Positions 47,493-57,886 of a stretch of 64,000 bases of DNA are shown here, piece after piece. The notes below the pieces were generated by a model. The model was not told the origin of the DNA. It was given only the letters and a program-made list of their open reading frames with translations, and did not search any database. The stretch is from Planctomycetota bacterium. GTDB taxonomy: Bacteria; Planctomycetota; Phycisphaerae; Phycisphaerales; Phycisphaeraceae. The stretch covers positions 4,098 to 68,097 of the forward strand of contig JBCDJW010000003.1 in assembly GCA_038747275.1 (NCBI GenBank), given 5' to 3'. How positions within the stretch are numbered: position 1 is the stretch's first letter; each line of letters starts with the position of its first letter. The position numbers and the translations under genes were made by a program.

Positions 47493-48686
47493 CTATTTAT
47501 CGTCAAGCAACTCGACGCTGGCGAAGCTCTTGCCTTCGAGCATCTCGAGGCTTGCGCCGCCGCCGGTGCTGACGTGGCTGACGTCGTCGGCGAAGCCGAG
47601 CTGTTCGACGGCCGCGGCCGAGTCGCCGCCACCGATGATCGAGGTTGCGTCGCCGTCGGCGATCGCCTGGGCGACGGCCTTGGTGCCCGCGTCGAACGGC
47701 GGCATCTCGAACACGCCCATCGGGCCGTTCCACACGACGGTCTTGGCGTCGGCGACCAGGTCGGCGTAGAGCGCCGCGGTCTCGGGGCCGATATCGAGCC
47801 CTTCGAACCCGTCTGCGATCTCGCCCGCCTTGACGACCTGCTTGTTGCAGTCGCCCGAGAAGTCGTCGCCGCAGTGCGTGTCGATCGGCAGCACCAGCTT
47901 GTCGCCGCCCTTGAGGATCAGCGTCTTGGCGAGGTCGACCTTGTCTTTCTCGACCAGCGAGTCGCCGACCTGCCCGCCCTCGGCGAGGCTGAAGGTGTAA
48001 GCCATCGCCCCGCCGATCAGCACTTTGTCGCAGACCCCCAGCAGATTGTCGATCACGTTGATCTTGTCCGAGACCTTGGCTCCGCCGAGGATCGCGACGA
48101 ACGGCCGCTGCGGGTTCGCCAACGTGTCGGCGAGGTATTTGATCTCTTTTTCGACGAGGAATCCGACGACCGCGGGCTTGCTGTCTTCTTTCATCTTTTT
48201 GGGCACGGCGTACATCGAGGCCTGCGTGCGGTGGCAGGTGCCGAAGGCGTTGTTGCAGTACACGTCGCCGAAGGCGGCGAGAGTGGTGTTGTAGGTCTCG
48301 TCGTCGCCCTTCTTTTCGCCAGAGTTAAACCGGACGTTTTCGAGGCAGACCACGTCGCCGGGCTTCATGTCGGCGACGAGTGCCGCGGCGTCTTCGCCGG
48401 CGGTGTCGTCGGCCAGCGCGACGGTCTTGCCCAGCAGCTCGCCGAGCTTGTCCGCCGCGGGTTTGAGGCTGAACGCGGGGTCGGGCTCGCCCTTAGGCCG
48501 GCCGAGGTGGGACATCACAATGACGCTGCCGCCGGCGTCGAGTACGTGCTGGATCGTGGGCAACGCCATGCGGACCCGCCGGTCGTCAGTAACGTTTTTG
48601 TCGTCGTCCAGCGGGACGTTGAAGTCGCAACGCATCAGCACTTTTTTGCCGGCGAGGTCGAGGTCGGCGATGGTTTTCTTAGCCAT
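47493..48686 (-). CDS. pgk: Phosphoglycerate kinase
   Basis: [55 protein letters not shown]. Confidence 0.98.
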   Translation of the reverse strand: MAKKTIADLDLAGKKVLMRCDFNVPLDDDKNVTDDRRVRMALPTIQHVLDAGGSVIVMSHLGRPKGEPDPAFSLKPAADKLGELLGKTVALADDTAGEDAAALVADMKPGDVVCLENVRFNSGEKKGDDETYNTTLAAFGDVYCNNAFGTCHRTQASMYAVPKKMKEDSKPAVVGFLVEKEIKYLADTLANPQRPFVAILGGAKVSDKINVIDNLLGVCDKVLIGGAMAYTFSLAEGGQVGDSLVEKDKVDLAKTLILKGGDKLVLPIDTHCGDDFSGDCNKQVVKAGEIADGFEGLDIGPETAALYADLVADAKTVVWNGPMGVFEMPPFDAGTKAVAQAIADGDATSIIGGGDSAAAVEQLGFADDVSHVSTGGGASLEMLEGKSFASVELLDDK

Positions 48687-48740
48687 GGGGAGTTCTCTTG
48701 TAAAAGTTTGCGGTGTGTTCGGAAGGCGGACAATATAACA

Positions 48741-48774
48741 ACGCCGGGGCGTCGACTCAGCAACGCCCCGGCGT
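48741..48774. repeat. 12-bp perfect inverted repeat (ACGCCGGGGCGT-N10-ACGCCCCGGCGT) between SDR and pgk
   Basis: Read directly from the sequence. It has only a weak U-tract (TGTTAT) on the minus strand; probably a terminator or stabilising hairpin. Confidence 0.7.
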
Positions 48775-48814
48775 GGGAAGCTGTTTGTTTGCCATTAAAC
48801 GGTTACCAAGCGTG

Positions 48815-49564
48815 TCAGACGAAGATGCCGCCGTCGACATTTAGAGTTCCGCCGGTGACGAACGCGGCGTGAGGGCCGGCGAGATACGCGACGGCTTCGG
48901 CGACCTCTTCGGCTCGGCCGTAACGGCCCAGGGCCGCCATACTCTTCTGCGGCTCGGCCCCGGGGTTGTCGGTGTGGTCGGGGTTCATCTCCGTATCGAT
49001 CGGTCCGGGCTGCACGCAGTTGACCGTGATGTGCCGCGGCCCCAGATCGCGGGCCAGCCCCCGCACCAGGCCCTGCACCGCCGACTTGCTCATCGCGTAG
49101 GCCGCGTGCCCGCCGAAGGGCACCCGCTCGCCCAGCACGCTGCCCGTAACGATCACTCGGCCGTGATCGCGGAGGCGTCTACCGGCTTCGAGCAGCACGG
49201 CGACCACGCCGCGGACGTTGATGTCCAGTGTCTTATCGAAATGGGCGAGGTCGGCCTGATCGATCGGGGCGACTTCGTAGATGCCGGCGTTGGCGAAAAC
49301 GATATCGAGCTGGCCGTCGAACTTCTCGTCGAGCGTGGCGAACATCTTGGCGACCGCTTCCGGATCGGCGACGTCGGCCCCGACGGCAAAAGCGTGTCCG
49401 CCGGCGGCCGTGATCTCGGCGACGACCGCGTCGGCCCGGTCGCGGCTGCGGGCGTAGTTGACGGCGACGTGGGCCCCCTCGGCCGCGAGCCGCTTGGCGG
49501 TGGCGGCGCCGATTCCGCGGGATCCGCCGGTCACGAGAGTGTTCTTGCCTGCGAGAGTAGTCAT
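48815..49564 (-). CDS. Short-chain dehydrogenase/reductase (SDR)
   Basis: TGGSRGIG, ANAG, YAMSK, VQPGPIDT. Confidence 0.96.
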   Translation of the reverse strand: MTTLAGKNTLVTGGSRGIGAATAKRLAAEGAHVAVNYARSRDRADAVVAEITAAGGHAFAVGADVADPEAVAKMFATLDEKFDGQLDIVFANAGIYEVAPIDQADLAHFDKTLDINVRGVVAVLLEAGRRLRDHGRVIVTGSVLGERVPFGGHAAYAMSKSAVQGLVRGLARDLGPRHITVNCVQPGPIDTEMNPDHTDNPGAEPQKSMAALGRYGRAEEVAEAVAYLAGPHAAFVTGGTLNVDGGIFV

Positions 49565-49620
49565 ATAGCGTTCCTTTTTATTTGGGGTTTACGTGGCGGG
49601 GCGTCGGAGCGGGCAAATAA

Positions 49621-49678
49621 TAGAGTGAATACTCAATAAATCAAGGGCGGCTTTTTGATTTTTAGAGTTTTCGCTCTA
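49621..49678. promoter_or_regulatory. Two putative TetR operators, consensus TAGAGT-N4-ACTCTA (49621-49636, 49663-49678)
   Basis: TAGAGTgaatACTCAA and TAGAGTtttcGCTCTA in the divergent SDR/TetR intergenic region. Confidence 0.7.
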
Positions 49679-49688
49679 AAATTTACCG

Positions 49689-50288
49689 ATGCCGCGTGGA
49701 CGCCCCCAAAAATTCGATGAGGAACAGGTGCTCGATACCGCCGCGGCGATGTTTCGCCGGGACGGCTACGACGCGGTCAGCGTCGCCGACCTCTGCCGGG
49801 AGACCGGCCTGGCGATGCAGAGCCTCTACCACCGCTTCGGCGACAAGGCGGGGGTCTACCGCGAGGCCCTTGAGCGTTTCGGCCGCACCGCCAACGACCC
49901 GCAGATCGCCGCCCTCGAATCGAGCGACGACCCGCTGGCCGCGGTCGAGGCGTTTGTCCGGCTGTGGAAGCGGCACGCCGGCGCGTCCCGCGATGACGGC
50001 TGCCTGTTTACCCAGGCCATGTCGCGTGGCGACCGCTCCGATCCCGAGGGCCCCGATGTCATCGCCCGCGCTTTCACCGGCCGTGTCCGCAAGGCGTTGA
50101 ACACCACCCTCCGCCGCGCAGTCGCCGAGGGTCAGCTCCGGCCCGACTGCGACACGTCCGCGATCGCCGATACGCTGCTCACCCTCGCTTTCGGTGTCGC
50201 CGTGATCGGCCGCGGCGGCATGCCCGCGTCCATGATCGACCACGCCGTGGCCGCCGGCCTCGACCGCCTGCAGCAAGCCCGGGCCTAA
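49689..50288 (+). CDS. TetR/AcrR-family regulator
   Basis: MPRGRPQKFD...FRRDGYDAVSVADL...SLYHRFGDK. Confidence 0.96.
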   Translation: MPRGRPQKFDEEQVLDTAAAMFRRDGYDAVSVADLCRETGLAMQSLYHRFGDKAGVYREALERFGRTANDPQIAALESSDDPLAAVEAFVRLWKRHAGASRDDGCLFTQAMSRGDRSDPEGPDVIARAFTGRVRKALNTTLRRAVAEGQLRPDCDTSAIADTLLTLAFGVAVIGRGGMPASMIDHAVAAGLDRLQQARA

Positions 50289-50488
50289 ACGGTCGAGCCG
50301 TCGGTAAGAACGCACAAATTGAAAAAGGCCGACTGTTACTCGCCTCGGTACCAGCAAACACTAACGCATACTTGCGGTCTAACGGCCAGACGTGTTTCGA
50401 GCCGATATGTATTTTCCGATGGCTTGTTGCCCCGATACGCGAACTCAGATAAGTTATTTCGAACTAAAAGCCGGGCGGAGGAGAGGAA

Positions 50489-50914
50489 TTGTTGAATACC
50501 GCTTATGCCTTGGCCGCGGGGATCACCGGCTTGTGTTTGGCGCTGTTGATTGTGGCTGCAGACTACGCGTTGCTGCCTCCGGCGGAATCGATAATGCCAT
50601 TGGGGGATAAAGCGGCCCACTTCGTTCTGGTGGGCGGCTTGGCGTTGTTGGCGAATTTAGCTTGGCCGAGCCGCGTGCTGCGGGTCGGGGTGTTGCGGTT
50701 GATGGTCGGCTCGATCGCGGTGGGGCTGCTCATCACCGCGGAAGAAGTCTCCCAGCACTGGCTGGTGCACCGCACATTTAGCTGGGCCGATTTAACGGCG
50801 AATTGGCTCGGGGTTGTGGCCGCCTCGCTGGTGGCCGAGCGCCTGATACGCCGCCGCTGCCGGATTAAAAATGCATCGTCGCGGGCACAAGCCGCTGCGA
50901 CTACCCGGAGCTGA
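50489..50914 (+). CDS. VanZ-like membrane protein
   Basis: DKAAHF, EEVSQ...RTFSWADLTANWLG; SD GGAGGAGAGG. Confidence 0.85.
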   Translation: MLNTAYALAAGITGLCLALLIVAADYALLPPAESIMPLGDKAAHFVLVGGLALLANLAWPSRVLRVGVLRLMVGSIAVGLLITAEEVSQHWLVHRTFSWADLTANWLGVVAASLVAERLIRRRCRIKNASSRAQAAATTRS

Positions 50915-51196
50915 TGTTGAGATTTCGGGCAGCGTCGATGTGACGTTTCCGATTCTTTACGGGCTAGTAGATTGCGTTGTAGTCACTGCCGTAGCTTGCA
51001 GAAGTAGCTGCGATTTTTCTGCATACAGATACCGATGCATAGCTTGCTATAAAGGTTTGTTATATCTGCCGATCACCAGACAGCATCATCTCGCCGCAAT
51101 GCGCAATCGCGGGGGTTATTCCCAGCGGAAATCGCCGGGATCGCTTAGCCGGCTACGAATTTTTGGTCACTCGGCAGATAGCCGAATTGATCTTCT

Positions 51197-51862
51197 TCAC
51201 CCACCGCGTCCCGCGAGCCAGCGGATGCCTTGGTGGATGAACCGGCGGACGTTAGCGTTCCCCAACGCTTCGCCGTCGTGGCCGGCGAGGTAGCAGAGGA
51301 CGTTGGACTCGCCGAAAGTCCGGGTCCACGCCAACGGCTTGCAGCTCTTGGGGTGGTTGGTCGTGAGCAGGAGGTGGTTGCCGTCTTCCTCGCGGGCGTC
51401 GGGCATCTCGTAAGTTTCGTCGGTCATGGTCCAGTCGTCGAGGTCGGCGGTGACGGGGTGGCCGCGGTCGGCGACATGGGTCGTGACGGTCTCGTCGTGG
51501 TGGGGCTTGAGCCCGCGTTCGCGGAGGCCCGAGAGTTCGGTCCACATCGGCCATTGCGTCAAGGCGACGCAGCCGTGGTGCAGCAGGAAAACGCCCTGCC
51601 CCGGTCGGCCGAGCTTTTCCAGGCCGGTGAAAATATCGCGTTTGAACCACGGCAGCTCGCCGGCGGGGTCGTACTGATGAAAGTTGTAGAACAACACCAC
51701 GTCGTAGTCGGCCGCGATCTTCCCGAAGTCGGCGGTGAAGTCTTCGAGGTTCTGGACGTAGGCGTCGATGTCCGGCATCGCCCGCAGCATGGCGTGGAAC
51801 GCGGGCACATCGATCGGGTGGTCGCCGAGGATCACGGCGGTACGGATAGGGCTGTCAGTCAT
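51197..51862 (-). CDS. ThuA-like (class I glutamine amidotransferase-like) domain protein
   Basis: YDVVLFY, GHPVTA, DETY, PLAWTRTFG, LAGHD. Confidence 0.85.
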   Translation of the reverse strand: MTDSPIRTAVILGDHPIDVPAFHAMLRAMPDIDAYVQNLEDFTADFGKIAADYDVVLFYNFHQYDPAGELPWFKRDIFTGLEKLGRPGQGVFLLHHGCVALTQWPMWTELSGLRERGLKPHHDETVTTHVADRGHPVTADLDDWTMTDETYEMPDAREEDGNHLLLTTNHPKSCKPLAWTRTFGESNVLCYLAGHDGEALGNANVRRFIHQGIRWLAGRGG

Positions 51863-51951
51863 CGTTTCAGGATACCCGAGATTTTGAAAAGTTCGGCTTA
51901 ACGCAAAGCGACCCGAAAGTTATCTGATCGGCGGGCGTCTAAACTGGTGAG

Positions 51952-53274
51952 ATGTCTCAGCCATCGTCAACGAATTGGTCGGAACTGTACGCGAGTTTGA
52001 GCACGGAAATGATGCCGTGGGGGCCGCCGTTGGCGGACGGGCGGGTGATCGAGGTGGCGGAGATGTTCGGCGGGCCGTCGGGCGGCGGGGTCGATACCGA
52101 GGCGGTGTTCGGCGGGCCGATGGGGATCGGGTTCGAGGCGGAGTACGCGGCGATCCGCCAGCGTGTCGGCGTGATGCACCTGCCGCAGCGGGCGGTGATC
52201 CAGCTGACCAGGGCGGACGTGAAGGACTACCTGCACCGGCTGTGCACACAGGAGATCAACGGACTCGAGGGCGGTCAGAGCGTGCGGACGTATCAGCTCG
52301 ACGAGAAGGGTCATATCGCGTCGGACATGATTGTGCACCACGGCGACGAATCGACGTGGCTGGAGATGGACGTGTTCGACCTGCCGTGGGTCAAGGACCT
52401 GATCGAGGCCCGGCTGTTTACCGAGGACGTGACGGCCGAGGACTGGACCGACAAGCGGACGTTCTTCTGGCTGCTCGGCCCGGCGGCGGCGCAGCTCCTC
52501 ACGGCAACCGCGGGCGACGACCAAGCGGATCGGGTCGCCGCGATGAGCACGATGCCCGGGACACACCACGTCATCGATGTACCGACGGCCGACGGGCAGA
52601 GGCTGCCCTGCACGGCGTACCGGTGGGACCTGGGGAACGTACTGGGCGTGCGGCTGGCGGTGCCGAGCGAGCGGGCGGTGGAGGTGTTCGGCCGACTGCT
52701 GGTCGAGTCGGGCTTCGAAGCGGGGGCGGAGCCGGACGCGGCGTTGGCCGAGCGACGGCGGGCGTCGATGCGGGGGCGGCCGGTGGGTTGGTCGGCGTTC
52801 AACACAGTGCGGATCGAGGAGGGCGTGCCGTGGTACCACATCGACTTCGGGCGGGACTCGCTGCCCGCCGAGGTGCCGGGCGACCGCGGGATCGACGCGG
52901 CGGTGAGCTTCACGAAGGGGTGCTACCTGGGGCAAGAGGTCGTCGCACGTATGAAGAGCCTGGGCCACCCGAAAAAAGTGATCGTGGGCCTGCGGGTGAC
53001 GGACGCCGACCCCGCGGCGGCGTTGGAGCTTCCGGGGGTGTCGGGGTCGCAGGTGTTTGAGGTGAACAAGAAGGACAAGGTCATCGGCGGGGTGACGAGC
53101 TCGACGGCGTCGCCGCTGCGGGGGCAGGCGGGGATCGGGCTGGCGGTCGTGCGCTGGGGCCGGCACCGGGCGGGGACGAAGGTGATGGTCCCGGCGGTGG
53201 GGGCGGCCGGCGCCGGGGGTGGAAAGCTGATCGAGGCGGAGGTGGTAAAGCTGGACGCGTTGGTGTCGGGGTGA
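51952..53274 (+). CDS. ygfZ: YgfZ/GcvT-like folate-binding protein (Fe-S cluster maturation)
   Basis: Signature KGCYLGQE in SFTKGCYLGQEVVARM. Confidence 0.92.
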   Translation: MSQPSSTNWSELYASLSTEMMPWGPPLADGRVIEVAEMFGGPSGGGVDTEAVFGGPMGIGFEAEYAAIRQRVGVMHLPQRAVIQLTRADVKDYLHRLCTQEINGLEGGQSVRTYQLDEKGHIASDMIVHHGDESTWLEMDVFDLPWVKDLIEARLFTEDVTAEDWTDKRTFFWLLGPAAAQLLTATAGDDQADRVAAMSTMPGTHHVIDVPTADGQRLPCTAYRWDLGNVLGVRLAVPSERAVEVFGRLLVESGFEAGAEPDAALAERRRASMRGRPVGWSAFNTVRIEEGVPWYHIDFGRDSLPAEVPGDRGIDAAVSFTKGCYLGQEVVARMKSLGHPKKVIVGLRVTDADPAAALELPGVSGSQVFEVNKKDKVIGGVTSSTASPLRGQAGIGLAVVRWGRHRAGTKVMVPAVGAAGAGGGKLIEAEVVKLDALVSG

Positions 53275-53467
53275 GCTTGGTCTGATGAATAGGGGTAGGT
53301 GATCGGCGGGCGGCGGGTTAAAATATCAGGCCCTGATGATGTTCCCCTCGCACACGCAATCTTTGGTTTTGGGCTTCGGCCCGTGGTGGTCCTCGGCGAT
53401 TTCGAGCGGCCTCGGAGTGAAGTGCGCTGTGATCGCTGGGGTCGGCGTAGTGGTTTTTGCGGTAGCG

Positions 53468-54250
53468 GTGCGGGCGGGTTGGCGGCTTCGGCCGTCGACA
53501 CGAAGTGAGTCTTCGGCCCTGCAGCGGCTGCGGGGCGAGGGCGGCACGGCGACGATCGAGTTTCTCCTCGTGTTGTTTTCAGCGTTGGTCGTGTCGCTGC
53601 TGCTGTTGCAGACGGTGCTAGTGTTTTCGGGCAACCTGTTCGTGCACTACGCCGCGTTTGCGGCGACGCGGTCGGCGATCGTCAATATCCCCGACGGCCA
53701 GCCGGGCGGCGGCGGCTCAATCACGAAACCCAACGGAGAAAACGGCGAAGAAGAAGACTCCGCGTTCTCCCGGGCCGAGCGGTCGGCGGCGTTCGCCTTG
53801 GCCCCCGTCTCGGGCCGGCTGGCGGCGACCGCGGGCGATCCCGACGCCTTCGAGGCGGGCCTCGAATCGTTCTACCGCGCCTACGGCCAGGAACCGCCCG
53901 CGTGGGTCGGCAACCTCGCGGCTGAGCGATTGGCTTACGCATTAGAACACACCGACATCGATCTCTACGAGACGGGCGTGACCGAGTCGGGCGACGTTGG
54001 CCTGAACTTGGCTGAAGAAAACTCCGGCGAAGCAACCACCCTGACCTTCGGACCCAAAGACCCGGTCACCTTGGGCGTCCGCTACCGCCTGCACCTCTCG
54101 GTGCCTTGGGCGTCGCGGGTTTTTGCCGACGGGACCCACCTCACCGCGCTCGGCGATACGCCCTATGCCGACGTTTCGGCGACAAGCACGATGACGCTTG
54201 AGGGCCACGACGTGAACCTGCCCCCGCCGCCGGAGGTGACACGCGAGTGA
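53468..54250 (+). CDS. TadE/TadG-like pseudopilin
   Basis: RGEGG|TATIEFLLVL...HYAAFAATRSA. Start uncertain; the ORF extends to 53336. Confidence 0.8.
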   Translation: MRAGWRLRPSTRSESSALQRLRGEGGTATIEFLLVLFSALVVSLLLLQTVLVFSGNLFVHYAAFAATRSAIVNIPDGQPGGGGSITKPNGENGEEEDSAFSRAERSAAFALAPVSGRLAATAGDPDAFEAGLESFYRAYGQEPPAWVGNLAAERLAYALEHTDIDLYETGVTESGDVGLNLAEENSGEATTLTFGPKDPVTLGVRYRLHLSVPWASRVFADGTHLTALGDTPYADVSATSTMTLEGHDVNLPPPPEVTRE

Positions 54251-56211
54251 GGATGAGACGGATCAACAATGCCGCTTTTTACCCGCAAGGCCGCGGCCAC
54301 CGCAGCCGGGGCGCGATCATCGTGATCGTTTTGTTGGCGTTGGTGCTGTTGGCGTCGCTGGTGTTCTACATCTTCAACGTCGGCCGGCACGTGGCCGAGC
54401 GGGTCGAGTCGCAGAACGCGGCGGACAACGCGGCGCTGTCGGGCGGGCGTTGGATGGCGCGGTCGTTCAACACGGTGGCCATGAACAACGTGGAGATGAC
54501 GCGGCTGATTACGTTGGCCGCGGTGCTCGACGCGGTGCCGCTGTCGATCGAACACACCCTCGAAGACCAGCAGGCGATCCTCGACGCCCTCGACCGCCAG
54601 GACGGCACCGGCTACGGCAGCGACGAATGGGTCGCCGACACCATTGCCAATATCGTTCGGCCCAACATCCAGCAGCAGGTCGACTACCTCCTGCCGCTCA
54701 ACGACCTGTTCAACGAGAGCGGCTACGACGTCGCCCGCATGACGTTCTTCAAAGACAGCGACGGCACGCGGGGCGATCTCTGGCGGGCGTTCGAGGCGTT
54801 GGGGGCCAAGAACCGGGCGGTAATGGAAAGCCTCGGCGTATTGGCGCAGCAGAGCGCTTTCCGCGGCGCCCAGATCTCGCAGCAGGAGGCGGGGCTGTCC
54901 TCGGGCGGGCTGCTGCTTCCGTGGGTGCCGCAGGTGCCCTGGGAACTGAATAATTTCGATGACTTCGGCCCGGCGGTGTCCGATGGCCGGCTGCCCGACG
55001 GCCAAGACGACGCGGAGATCAGCCGCGGGCCGTTTGACGTATTGTTCGGCCAACGCGAGATCGGTCGGGCCGATACCGACTTCACCGAACTCGGCACCGA
55101 TGGACGACACGGCGGAAACGCGCTGGGCTGGAACCCGCCGCCGAGCACGCAGGAGTTCGAAAGCGCCACGGTCGAAACCTACTTCACGACCGGTACCTAT
55201 GACCGGATGCTTACGCAGATCCGCCGTCTGGGCGAAACCCCGCCTATCGATGCCGACGGCCGGCGACGTAGCCAGGACCGCTCTTTTTATCAAGCCCCGG
55301 CTCCCCCGGCGATCATCGACGATAGCGCCCCGCTTTCGCCCAGCCTCTGGGCCGACCGCGCAAGCTTCGCCGCCAACGCCAAGATTAACCGCGTCTTCCC
55401 GGGCACCGCGGCCTCGGGGCAGGCCGTTTTCGACCCGCTCTGGGTGATAAACGCCGACCGCGCGGTCGCGATCGCGGAAGCCGAGAACGGCCCGGCGATC
55501 GTCTACGGCCTCTACCTCACTCTCGAGTTCCGCCGTACCAAAACCTCGGCCACGTTCCCCGTCACCTTCAGCGAGCCGGAGCTGATCAACTGGGGACTCC
55601 ACCGTTCGGAGCAGACGCCGATCATCCAGGCGGGCGACAGCGTGGCTGCGTTGCTATCCCCGGTGAGCGACCAGGTCTGGCGGGAAGAACTGCCGAGCAC
55701 CGGCGACACCGGCTTCGGCGAAGGCGACGAGCAGTATCTCATCTACCAGATCTGGCTGGGTATCAACATCGGCGAGGAAGTGACGATCCGTAACCCGTTC
55801 AACATCGATACCGAAGAACGCACCGAGCTACCCGGCCCGATCAATTTCACCGTCGACGCGTTCGCCCCCGATCAGCCCGCTACCCGCGACGCCCTGCGGC
55901 TGTTGGGCGTCGCCCACCAGCCACGCGAAGCTTCTATTTGGTCGGAGCGGTTCGACGACGAACGGCCCGACACGACGATGGTCGCGCTCGCCCAGGCCGA
56001 GGTGTTTAACAACCATTCTTGGGACTTGTGGACCGCGATGTGGCACAGCCAGCTCACGCCGGTGTCGGGCCTGGAGGATTGGATCGAGACGCTCGAAGAC
56101 CCGCAGGGCACCGAAGACATGCCCTGGCTCGAAGAGGCGGATGTCCAGTCGGTGACGGCGTATCTGCGGGCGTCGCTGCCGTTGATGGAACTGATGGCGG
56201 GGGGTGAGTGA
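54247..56211 (+). CDS. Tad-domain (TadG-like) large pseudopilin
   Basis: RSRG|AIIVIVLL...QNAADNAALSG; GTGA overlap with the upstream gene. Confidence 0.85.
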   Translation: MRMRRINNAAFYPQGRGHRSRGAIIVIVLLALVLLASLVFYIFNVGRHVAERVESQNAADNAALSGGRWMARSFNTVAMNNVEMTRLITLAAVLDAVPLSIEHTLEDQQAILDALDRQDGTGYGSDEWVADTIANIVRPNIQQQVDYLLPLNDLFNESGYDVARMTFFKDSDGTRGDLWRAFEALGAKNRAVMESLGVLAQQSAFRGAQISQQEAGLSSGGLLLPWVPQVPWELNNFDDFGPAVSDGRLPDGQDDAEISRGPFDVLFGQREIGRADTDFTELGTDGRHGGNALGWNPPPSTQEFESATVETYFTTGTYDRMLTQIRRLGETPPIDADGRRRSQDRSFYQAPAPPAIIDDSAPLSPSLWADRASFAANAKINRVFPGTAASGQAVFDPLWVINADRAVAIAEAENGPAIVYGLYLTLEFRRTKTSATFPVTFSEPELINWGLHRSEQTPIIQAGDSVAALLSPVSDQVWREELPSTGDTGFGEGDEQYLIYQIWLGINIGEEVTIRNPFNIDTEERTELPGPINFTVDAFAPDQPATRDALRLLGVAHQPREASIWSERFDDERPDTTMVALAQAEVFNNHSWDLWTAMWHSQLTPVSGLEDWIETLEDPQGTEDMPWLEEADVQSVTAYLRASLPLMELMAGGE

Positions 56212-57065
56212 TGGCAAGCAATCAAAACGGAGCCCGTCTGTGTAATCCCCAAGCCGCTCGCGGCGGCTCGACCGTTTTCGCTTCCGGGGGCCGGGGGCGT
56301 TTCCGGGGGCGGGGGGGGGCGGTGATGGTGGAGGCGTTGTTGGTGTTGCCGCTGATTTTTGTGGTTTTAGCGTTGGTGATCTACTTCGGCTTCTCGTTCG
56401 AGCGGATGCAGAGGGGCATGATGATGGACCGCTACGAGTCGTGGCGGGGCGCGGCGAAGGCCCCGGGCCCAGCGGTCGACGCGGTGGAGGGCGCGAGCGT
56501 CCGCCCGATGCAGGAATTGTTCTTTGTCGGCGACGACCCGACGCTTCGGCTTGAGCCGTCGGACTTCTTCCCGGCCGAGCCGACCGAGAGCCTGGAGCGG
56601 GCGGCGGCCGTCGAGTCGGTGGGAGCCCTTGACCTCACCCAGCAGTACTTCAACGATTTCCCGCGCGGCCGATCGATGCGTTTCTTCGTGGGTTCACCGG
56701 CGAGCTCTCCTCTTTTGCAACGCCTGTTCCCCGGCGACATCTCCCACCGCCACACGGTCATGGACACCGACTGGCGTTTCGTGAACTTCGTCTTGGAAGA
56801 CGGGCAGTGGTTCGACGTCGAGGACGGCGTGTACCTCGATATCCGCCAGGCACCCCGCGAAGTGACCGAGGGGCTCGACTTGGTGCCGACGCAGACGCCG
56901 TCACGCCCGGTGCGGGACGTTTTTTACACCGACTACGAACTCCGGCTGGAACCGCTGAGCAACGGCAACCCGATCGCCGAACGGCTGAAAGACTTCTATC
57001 TCGCCTACCCGCAGTACTGGGGGCCGCAGATCGATGAGCAATTCGAAGCCGGCCAGCCTTGGTGA
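56208..57065 (+). CDS. TadE-like pseudopilin
   Basis: RGRGG|AVMVEALLVLP; GTGA overlap with the upstream gene. Confidence 0.8.
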   Translation: MMASNQNGARLCNPQAARGGSTVFASGGRGRFRGRGGAVMVEALLVLPLIFVVLALVIYFGFSFERMQRGMMMDRYESWRGAAKAPGPAVDAVEGASVRPMQELFFVGDDPTLRLEPSDFFPAEPTESLERAAAVESVGALDLTQQYFNDFPRGRSMRFFVGSPASSPLLQRLFPGDISHRHTVMDTDWRFVNFVLEDGQWFDVEDGVYLDIRQAPREVTEGLDLVPTQTPSRPVRDVFYTDYELRLEPLSNGNPIAERLKDFYLAYPQYWGPQIDEQFEAGQPW

Positions 57066-57109
57066 GATGATTTTCGGTTTCGGTTGTTACGGCTGCCATT
57101 TCGTTGGGC

Positions 57110-57841
57110 TTAACGCACAACGAGCAGCACGGCGAACATGAATAGCCAGACGCCGTCGAGGAAGTGCCAGTACATCCCGACGAACTTCACCGGGGCGTAG
57201 TGTTCGTGGTCATATCGACCTTGGCCGGCTTTGTAGGTCGTCACGGCCAGCGGGATGATGCCGCCGAGTACGTGCAGCGCGTGGACGAGGACGAGGAAGA
57301 AGACGATGCCGTACATCGTGTTGTCGATGTCGCCCGCGTCGTGGGCCGAGAGCAGGCTGATCATGCAGGGCGTCTGCACGATGCAGAAGACTAGCGACAG
57401 GACGAGCGTGATAATCAACGCGCTGCGGAACTTGCGTTGGCGTTCGAGGCGGACGTTCTTGATCGCCAGGTGCATCGTCACGCTGGAGGCGAGGATGATG
57501 AGGGTGGAGATCACCAGCCCGAAGACCGGGAAGTCGAGCGTGCCGAAGGGCGGGGCGGTGGGCAGCTGTGCAATCCGCTCGGGATCGGTTGGATCGATGC
57601 GGGTGAGCGTTTTCGACCAGCGGACGAGAACGTAACCCAGCATCGACGCGAAAAACAGCATCGCCAGCGACGAGAGGAACAGATACATCCCCAACTCGCC
57701 GGTACCGCGGGGCACGCGGTGGCTGCCGGTGGTGCTCGAAAAGACCGTCGGCGGGTCTTTGGGCGGTTCGACGGGGGTTAGGGGCGGGGCATCACTCACG
57801 TCGCTGACTATAGGGCGGCTGCGAGATAAATTCTGGGGCAA
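57110..57841 (-). CDS. Cytochrome c oxidase subunit III-like protein (second paralogue)
   Basis: LGMYLFLSS, LHALHVLGG, YWHFLDGVW. Likely start GTG 57799. Confidence 0.9.
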   Translation of the reverse strand: MPQNLSRSRPIVSDVSDAPPLTPVEPPKDPPTVFSSTTGSHRVPRGTGELGMYLFLSSLAMLFFASMLGYVLVRWSKTLTRIDPTDPERIAQLPTAPPFGTLDFPVFGLVISTLIILASSVTMHLAIKNVRLERQRKFRSALIITLVLSLVFCIVQTPCMISLLSAHDAGDIDNTMYGIVFFLVLVHALHVLGGIIPLAVTTYKAGQGRYDHEHYAPVKFVGMYWHFLDGVWLFMFAVLLVVR

Positions 57842-57886
57842 ACAGGGGTCGGCACATGGCCCCCGTTCGCGTTTTGGGACGGAAAA

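Noticed and set aside
50915-51196. AT-richer gap between convergent vanZ-like and ThuA genes as a possible ncRNA or small ORF
   Set aside because: No convincing promoter-terminator pair, RBS-led ORF or known RNA motif.
53275-53467. Possible c-di-GMP riboswitch upstream of the Tad-type genes
   Set aside because: No c-di-GMP-I or -II aptamer consensus could be built.
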